Assembly (NCBI RefSeq): GCF_035084215.1
Contig: NW_027139666.1
Coordinates: forward strand, 2,976,001 to 3,040,000
DNA length: 64,000 bases
Reading direction: 5' to 3'
Origin: Heptranchias perlo
Taxonomy: Eukaryota
In this document: in pieces, positions 54,611 through 64,000 of the stretch
How positions within the stretch are numbered: position 1 is the stretch's first letter
Layout of the letters: each line of letters begins with the position of its first letter
Position numbers and translations under genes: made by a program
The notes under the pieces: generated by a model
The model's database searches: none
The model's input: the letters and a program-made list of their open reading frames with translations, nothing else
What the model was told of the DNA's origin: nothing

Positions 54611-56638
54611 ATCTGGTTTAATTCCCAATACAAAAATCGATGGAAACTTTCCCCAATCGGAATTTTTCAGAGTCTGAGCAAATCCGAGAAGGATCCAGAA
54701 TGAATGTGAAGTTTCCTCCCCCCGAGACAAAGGAACAGTGCAGCCAACTCCTTCTCACACACAGTATGTGTATTATCACTCTCAGAAAGGTCAGAGGGAA
54801 TGGGGTCCACAGGCAGTGCAGGAACAGGCACCAGAATGGAAACAGATGGGATTCCACCAGTGCCTAACGCTGGAATCCAGACTGACTTTACAATCTCTCA
54901 CTATTAAACTCGATGTTTCCATCCCTGCTGTTTCTCTCGGTATCTTTTGATGGTAAAAGGCCTTTCATCGATAAAATGGGCGGCTGTGAAATGAGCCAAT
55001 GGGTTCTGTTCATTGTTGGCTCCCTGACTGATAAAGCAACGCGTGACTCCGAAACTGGAGGGACGATTTCTCAAACCAATCCTGGAGAAACAGCGGAGCA
55101 AAGTGGGAGTCCGTATATTGGCTTCGACCGTGTGGGATTAACATCTGACAGCAACAGTCCCAGATTATTTCAATCGGAATGAAACTCTCGGTCACTGAGA
55201 GAAATACTGAATGGGCCTGAGCTGCAAGATTACAAAGGGTGAAACATGCAAGAGAGGGTTAAATGTGTGACACTGTCCCTGAGAATGGGATTAATAATGT
55301 GTCTGTCTCTGAAATAATTTTAGTGAGAGATGAGACTGCATCTTCTGTCACTCCACCTTGGAATATCAATTGGAATGGAATATTTTTTCCAATTTGTTAC
55401 TGGGTGAATGCTGGACATTACAGGTCAGTTTCTCTCTCTCTCTTTTGCACAGCATATGAATGTGGGATACTGTTACTGAGCGTGAAACGGACATACTGAT
55501 AGGAAGTGTGAGACTGATACATTGTCTGTGTGTGTGTCTCTGTCTGTCTGTTTATCTGTCGGTCTGTCTTTCTCTCTCTCCAGCGCTGTAAATGAAAGCG
55601 AAATACTGTTACTGAGCTTAATATCGACACCCTGGTGGAAGGTAAAGACTGATTCAGTGTTTGTGAACAGACCTCCGGTGCTGTTGGTGAGATAGTCACT
55701 GTCCCTTCTATTATGTATGAGCCGGATTGACGGTGCATTTATCAGTCTCCAGTCCAGTAATGAAAGGTGGGGAGAAACAGCCTGGAACGGCCTGACACTG
55801 GACTGCCTGTTAGTGTTGAATTTATTCTGTAACGAGCCGTCTCTGGGTGTTGAGAATGGGACGGATAGGACACCAGTTACTATTGTCTGTCAGTCAGTTT
55901 AGGAGGAGAGAGAAACACAGAGAGACTGGAAGAGCCCAGAGCGGATAATTTGTATTATCGTCTTAACCAAACATATTTCTGTGTACGAACAGTATAATAT
56001 TTTAAAACCAGATGTGAATTATCACACCAACAGCTGTGATTGTCTCCTGCCACTGAATCTGGGGACCAGACACTGTGAGGAGCGCCGGCCTCAGAGTGTT
56101 TAACAGTTACTGAGCTGGGAAACTACAACTAACACCCGAGAATCTGCAGCACAGGCCGAGCGGGGAGGAAAGCCTGTCCCGGGAATTGTCAATCTGGCGA
56201 CCAGTTTGTCCTGTGAATGTGAAGATGTGAACATTGTGTCAGAGAGAGTGTGTTAAACGGGCGGGCGGGTTAGATTAATGTCACTGTGTTTGTGTGGCCG
56301 GTCACATCGCCGGATTTCCGGGTCGCTTTTAAGTAAAATTAAAAAAAATCCCTTTCAAAGGATCGCCCTCCTCCCCTGCCGAGCTCCGAAGTGAAAAATT
56401 AAGGTAAGGTTTGAGTTCAATTCAAGATTTCAGACGAAAAACGGAGATCCTGTCAGCGATCGGGTGAGAGAGCGCGATCAGTGCAGCAATGAAACGGGTT
56501 TAAATCGAAACTGGTGCTTTCAATTCCGGTGAAAGTTTTTCGACAGCAAACATTCCGGTGTTAGATATAGGAAGGGGCTAGTCTGGGACTCTGGAGTGCC
56601 CGCTTTTAATTGTAACCGGCGAGTTTAAGAGGAGAGAG

Positions 56639-56711
56639 AAACACAGAGAGGCTGGAGGGGCCGGGAGCTGACAGCAGGATGTCTCCGCCCCGTCCGCTCT
56701 GTGCCTTTAAG
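56639..56711 (+). promoter_or_regulatory. H1 promoter: H1 box AAACACA, GC box, TATA-like TTTAAG
   Basis: AAACACA at 56639-56645, CTCCGCCCC at 56693, TTTAAG at 56706. Confidence 0.75.
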
Positions 56712-56789
56712 TTGCTCTGTGCCGCCGCCTCTCGTTTCATTTCTGACCCAGCTCTGACTGTCAGAGAGATTTTCTCCAGATTCCCGGAC

Positions 56790-57425
56790 ATGACAGACAC
56801 TGCAGCCGCCGAAACGGCTCCTCCTGCCGTCGCCGCCGCTCGAACCAATGCTCCGAATAAGAAGAAGGCGGTTCCCCGACCCACCGGTCCCCCGTTGGGC
56901 GAACAGATCCTCAAGATTGTGGCGGATTGCAAGGATCGCAAGGGGATATCTCTGGCCGCGATAAAGAAGGTTCTGGCTGCCAAAGGCCTGGATGTGGAGA
57001 AGCACCGGTCCCAGATTAAATTAAGTATCAAGAGAAATGTGGAAAAAGGCTCCCTGGTGCAGATCAAGGGCACGGGCGCCTCGGGCTCCTTCAGAGTCGC
57101 TAAGAAGGAAACCCAGGCAAAAGTGGGAAAGAAGGTGAAGAAACAAGTGACCAAGAAATCTCCCGGAAAGAAACCAGCGAACAAAAAAACAGCCGTCAAG
57201 AAATTAACGGCCAAGAAACCGGCCGCCAAGAAATCAGCGGTCAAGAAACCTGTTGCCAAGAAATCGATCACGAAAAAGGCGGCGAAATCACCAATTAAGA
57301 AGAAAGCGGCGGCTAAGAAGCCCAAGACCCCCAAGCCGGTGAAGGCGAAGAAGGTAGAAAAAGCGAGGGCCAAGCCCAAGCCGAAGTCAGCAAAGCCCAA
57401 GAAAGCAGCGGGCAAAAAGAAGTAA
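56790..57425 (+). CDS. H1: Linker histone H1, 211 aa
   Basis: [13 protein letters not shown]..., globular domain ending [15 protein letters not shown], Lys/Ala/Pro-rich tail; stem-loop GGCTCTTCTCAGAGCC at 57462-57477 and AAGAGCTG downstream. Confidence 0.95.
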   Translation: MTDTAAAETAPPAVAAARTNAPNKKKAVPRPTGPPLGEQILKIVADCKDRKGISLAAIKKVLAAKGLDVEKHRSQIKLSIKRNVEKGSLVQIKGTGASGSFRVAKKETQAKVGKKVKKQVTKKSPGKKPANKKTAVKKLTAKKPAAKKSAVKKPVAKKSITKKAAKSPIKKKAAAKKPKTPKPVKAKKVEKARAKPKPKSAKPKKAAGKKK

Positions 57426-57633
57426 AAAATCAAGTGCAACTTGTGAACATCTGAACCCAACGGCTCTTCTCAGAGCCACCCACGTCTCTCAGACAAGAGC
57501 TGACCCCGGAATCAGATGATTCCTGTCCCGGTGCCGGGCTCAGATTTCAGATGGAAATCATTGAAAATAAATCCAGGGTCCTGGTGACTCACTACCGCCG
57601 CCCCACCCCCACTGTCTGAAATAAAATAGAGAG

Positions 57634-57730
57634 AACACAAAACAAAGGCTCTTCCAAGAGCCACCCACCGCCTCACAGACCTGGGAACGGGGAGAGGAAA
57701 GATCTCGGGCTGGGGAAGCAGTTTCCGATA
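57634..57730 (+). pseudogene. Orphan H4-type 3' end (stem-loop 57647-57662) with no coding sequence and no HDE
   Basis: Matches 58750-58858 except that the purine-rich HDE is deleted and the loop is TCCA. Confidence 0.8.
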
Positions 57731-58406
57731 TGTCCGGGCCGGGCCTCACTCGAACTGGCGTGTGTTCGGCTCCAGTCCCAGTTCATTTTTCTCACAGATT
57801 CAGGGCGAGAGTCCGTGACAGGGTAAAACTGGCGGAGATCCGCCGCTATCACAATTCAAACCCCAACACATGAGATTCTCCAAATCAGCTGGAATAAGTG
57901 TTTGTAAACTGCTGAACCGGTCTGGGAGGGGATGTGTGGGGAGATAGAATCGGGTCTGCCACTGAAATGGAAGGAGACGGGTAGATATGTTATAGAAGGG
58001 ACTGTATTTGGGCAGGAATATCACTGACTCTTAATTGTAATGGGGCTTATTTAAAAGCTCCGAGTTTCTGGAAATCCTTGAATATGAAGCCCGAGTCTAT
58101 AAGGGTATGTGCGGAGCGCTGTGTTTCGGTTCAGTTATCCATAAACGGTTTGAAATTGGCGGGTGGAGAAAGCTGGAGGTGGAGCTGGAAGATCAGAGAA
58201 CGCTCTCTGCTCTGTCCGTTACTCTGACTCTCTCCTCCCCTCTCTGTTTAATATCTCACTCTGTCTCCTCCCCTCTTTGTTCAATGTCTCACTTTGTCTC
58301 CTCCCCTCCCTCTATCATCCTGTGAATGTTTCAGTCAGGTCGGGACAGGCTGCATAAAAAGGGAACCAGCATAAGTTCGCTGTTCATTCAGCAGCGATCT
58401 CAGTGA

Positions 58407-58727
<321 letters not shown>

Positions 58728-59471
58728 ACGACTCGACCCTTTCTAACCGAACACAAAACAAAGGCTCTTCTAAGAGCCACCCACCGCCTCACAGAGAGAG
58801 CACTGACCTAGGAACGGGGAGAGGAAAGATTTAGAAGTGTGGAAGCAGTTTCCGATATTTAATTAAGATGGGGAGATTCCACAACATTCAGTAAAGGGAG
58901 ATCAGCCATCCCGAGAGAAAGCGGAATTCCCGGTTTCACGGTATAAATGAACAGGTGGTGATACAGAGTCTTTCCGCAGACATCACATTCTCCGTTCAGA
59001 GTAAAATCCCGCCTCACAACCTCTCCCGCTGTGTCCTCTCTGCTCGGTGTTTCATTCAATTATCAGGTCGATGTGAAGTTTCTGTTTGAGGAGCGGTTCA
59101 CCGGGCTGGAACTAGCGGGATTTTTGAAATTGAAGCTGGAATTTGTCCGGTTCAGGAAAACAATGACCGGGGCTTAATTCCCGCTCGTTCACAGGCAGAT
59201 CAGAGAATGAACCGGAATGTGAAACAGCTTGAGATGTGAGCTGAGGAGTTGGAAATAATGGAGATTATAAAGAGAGGGATTCTGAAATTGCTTGAGGGAA
59301 ATGAGATTTTCTTGAAATTGTTATTTGATGACCTGAAATTGGCGGGCTTTTAAAATTCATGTTAAATTTCAGCTCAGCCAATTGGTGCACAATACCTCCC
59401 GCCGTTTCGGTCTGACTGACAGAGCTCGGTTCAAATGTGCCAATCACAGTCCCGGGGCGGTCCCTCCCTGA

Positions 59472-60011
<540 letters not shown>

Positions 60012-60658
60012 ACCCGACCCGGCTTCAGCACCAAGTTCAACAAAGGCTCTTTTCAGAGCCACCAAATCGGCGATGGAAAGAGCTGTGATCGCCTGGGTTG
60101 AAATCGCATGGCCTTGAGAAACTTGTTTGAATGGGAAATGCATAAAAGGGAGGGAGCAGATGTGGGACGGACAGGGACAGAATAATTCCCTCACTCACAT
60201 CCAAAAAGAAATTTCACTCACATTCTTAATTCAGCAATCGCTGACACAATAATCAGCATATCAGTCAGCATCTGTTGAAATCTGGGCAAAATAACTCAGA
60301 CTGAGCCAGTGTTGTCCGAGAATGAGACAGAAAATAATCATATGCGTCCCTGGTATTTCTGTATCCCACCCGCCCAATTGACCATTCTGACGATTTTGTT
60401 ATTTTTTGTCTCATTCACCATACAATCTGCAATGATCAATCTATGGGAGATTGGCGACATCTGCTGTCCGGAAGCGAGTACTGCAACAGACCGATCTGGA
60501 TCATATGTATTGAACAAGTTATTGTTAGTTTCTCGGATCGGAATCAAGTCCCTATTAAATTGATTCATGACTCGCTTCGACAGTAACCAGCCCTTTCACC
60601 GATACAGTGGGTGGCTCTGAAAAGAGCCTTTGGGTGATCAGATCAAATCGTGTCCGCT

Positions 60659-61108
<450 letters not shown>

Positions 61109-61843
61109 TTATACTTTCTGGAGGACTGCAGTGGGGGCACTTGTGATTGGTCCATGTGTTCTCAACCTCATTGAGCTGTTCGTTAAACCAATCAGAGGGC
61201 TGTTTCATTCACCACTCAATAGCCGGCAATGAGAAAAGGGCGGAAAATACAGACCAGAACCGTTTTTTTGAAATTTGAAAAGCCCGCCAATATATTTGTA
61301 ACACAAGAAGCGGATTTAGTAAATAATGTCGCGTAAAAACAAATATTTAAACATCTCATCTTTTACTCTGTTATTCCACATTTGTCGTCACAACTTCCAG
61401 AATCTGTTACAAACCGCTTCATTCTCCGTTCCCTTTCAATCGGGCGGGAATAAAGCCTCGTTTTGTCCCGAATAATTAACAAACAAACGTGAGAAGGAGA
61501 AAGAAATGACCGAACTCGAATCCACCGCCTTGAAACAGCGCTGAAGTGTCAGACGCGGGGGAAGGGGCGGAAAATGAACTGAAATGAGAGGTTCAGGGAC
61601 ACGTTTTTGTTTATTGGCTGTAAATTGAACATCGACACACAGATTATACCCGGCAGTGATTATGAGAATCTGTCCGATATCAAGAGAAATCACAAAAGGA
61701 CAAGTTATAGAGAGACAGTTAGTGTCAAACTATCTACCGTAAAATGATTCCATCCAGAGGTGTCGGTACAGCGTCTTCAGAGAGACTGTGGGTGGCTCTT
61801 AAAAGAGCCTTTGTGTTCATTTTTTTCAGTACATTGTGGAGTT

Positions 61844-62218
61844 TTACTTGGAGCTGGTGTATTTGGTCACCGCCTTTGTCCCTTCCGACACGGCGTGCTT
61901 GGCCAGTTCCCCGGGCAGCAGCAGGCGAACGGCGGTCTGGATCTCCCGAGAGCTGATGGTGCGGCGTTTATTATAATGGGCCAGGCGGGAAGCCTCACCC
62001 GCGATGCGCTCGAAAATATCGTTCACAAAGGAGTTCATGATGCTCATGGCCTTGGAGGAGATGCCGGTGTCGGGATGAACCTGCTTCATCACTTTGTAGA
62101 CGTAGATGGAATAACTTTCCTTCCTCGCCTTTCTCCGCTTCTTGCCGCCCTTGGCTGGTACTTTACTCAAGGTTTTCTTGGCGCCCTTCTTGGGAGCTGC
62201 TTTCTTGTCCTCAGGCAT
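61844..62218 (-). CDS. H2B: Histone H2B, 124 aa
   Basis: Complete ORF; stem-loop at 61794-61809. Confidence 0.97.
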   Translation of the reverse strand: MPEDKKAAPKKGAKKTLSKVPAKGGKKRRKARKESYSIYVYKVMKQVHPDTGISSKAMSIMNSFVNDIFERIAGEASRLAHYNKRRTISSREIQTAVRLLLPGELAKHAVSEGTKAVTKYTSSK

Positions 62219-63810
62219 TTTCAAACTCAATTTCAAACTCAGAAATGACCGAAATCCGCTCCGAGCTCGGATTAAATAGGCAGCCCCACAGCCCTATGCT
62301 AATGAGGGATGGGAAATATAATGATTGTGATTGGGACTGATGTCACAACATTTTTCCTTTATCGATCTGATTGGATATCTGAAGAAACCAATCAGATTTA
62401 ATACCTGCCACCAATCACAAACACGCTCACACTGCACATTGTCCGGTTTGAGCAATTTGTTCCGAACTGTTGCAGTTCTGCTTCCGGCCAGTAGATGTCC
62501 CCAAACCCCGGGTTATTGAAGTTTGCAGATGAGAGAGGGACAGAAGAGAAACTCATTCTTCACATTATATTGCACGAGTGGGATTTAGAAAAACTGGAAA
62601 TGGAGAACATTGTATTATACAAAGCATTAGTTGTAATGCTGTATTAAATGTTTGTAATTAATTTAGGGGGTATAGCCTACACTGAGGAAAAATGCAAAAA
62701 ATAAAAAAAAGAGTTTAATAAGCTTGCTGAAAGTCCGTGTCAATGGCCATTGAATTTCCATATAGAAAGGTGTGAGGTGGTGCATTTTGCTGGGGGAATA
62801 ACGTTGCCACATACTGATTGGAAAATACGAGTCTAAATGAGGTCGAAGAGCAAAGGGATTTAGGGGTACAGTTTGACAAATCATTGAAAGTAGCAACACA
62901 GGTTGTTCAGACCATAAAAAAGCAAACACAGCACATTCTCGAGGAATAGAATTTAAAAGCAGATAAGTTATTTTGAACTGTGATTTAAACTGTCAAACCT
63001 TCTGCCAAACTATTAAACCATCCCTTTCTGAAATCCGTGATAACTATTCTTTATTATATTTTCGGTCTCTGGATTTTTTCTGTTGCATCAGTGATTAAAT
63101 GATTCCATGATCATTCCTACCACCGATGTTTGGTGAACTGGATTTGTTCTATCTCCTGTTTCAAAATAGAAGAATCACATTAACTGTAATCCAGTCCTCT
63201 GGCACTATTCCTTTATGTAATGATTTTTCCGATATATGTAACGGTGCCTCTGCTATCTCTTCCCTTGCTTCACTTACTATGTGCGGATGCAATCCATCTG
63301 GACCAGGAGTTCTACCACCATTTTAAAATAAATGTCTTGATATCTCTATTGACCTCTTCCTTTAATATCATGTTCACCCTGTTAATCTCCCGCGTAAATA
63401 CTGAGGGAAAGTAATAATTCAATATTTCTGCCATTTCGCTGACGTTACCTGTGAGTTTATCTTGTGAATCCCTGAGTGGCACTCAAGATATTCTGATTTT
63501 CCTTTTGTTATTTTTGTGTCTGTGGAATAATTTACTATTACTTTTTATATTCCTTGATAATTTGATTTCGTGGTTCCTATTTGCTTCCCTAATTGTTTTT
63601 GTGACTTCTTCCTAACCTCTTCCTATTCGCATTTGCCATCCCCTTATTTAATATCTATGAATGAGAAATTCCACCAGCTTGTTGTGTCTGTTCAGGGGAT
63701 GATTTTTTGTAACGATTTATTGTCTGTGATTAAACTGCCAGAAACCCAAAGGGAACAATTCAGTCCGAAATTCCACAGAAACACTCTATTTCTCCATCCA
63801 AGTGAAATAA

Positions 63811-63878
63811 GGTGCTATAATGGTGAGTATAGCTGCCTTCCCAGCAGTTAATTCCAACAGGTTTGAATCCCAGCACGC
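63811..63878 (+). pseudogene. Decayed tRNA-Gly-derived remnant (paralog of 43727-43794)
   Basis: GGTGCTATAATGGTGAGTATAGCTGCCTTCCCAGCAGTT...GGTTTGAATCCC. Confidence 0.65.
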
Positions 63879-64000
63879 TGAATTCAGAAACACCAAGACT
63901 GGAACCGAATTTGATGATGTTCAGAGCGATAATGTTTCCAAACGGGTCCAATTTATATAAAAAATATTTTAAAATTCATTTCTTCCACCATAACGTTGAA

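Overview
Vertebrate replication-dependent histone gene cluster. A cartilaginous fish is likely, inferred from the CR1, Tx1 and L2 repeats and the MEKPWKC-type zinc-finger gene. There are 14 histone genes: 11 intact (H1 x1, H2A x3, H2B x4, H3 x2, H4 x1) and 3 disabled (H2A x2, H4 x1). Almost all carry the 16-nt 3' stem-loop and a U7-type downstream element, and a complete H1>H4>H3><H2A<H2B quintet lies at 56790-62218. The region was built by segmental duplication: an inverted duplication with ~9.5-kb arms (955-10466 / 25561-34952) brackets a C2H2 zinc-finger gene, and 40.2-43.9 kb is directly duplicated at 60.6-63.9 kb. Spacers hold CR1/L2/Tx1 fragments, a Buster/Charlie-type hAT remnant, decayed tRNA-Gly copies and several satellites/VNTRs. 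Structures not explained by these annotations: (1) a multi-copy NRF1/GC-box-driven three-exon spliced unit with an open frame, usually upstream of and co-oriented with H2B; (2) extended CTCF-like sites pointing outward around H2A-H2B pairs; (3) recurring E2F/CDE-CHR composites in histone promoters; (4) clear mutational footprints of histone gene death. All alignments were done by eye; no searches were run.
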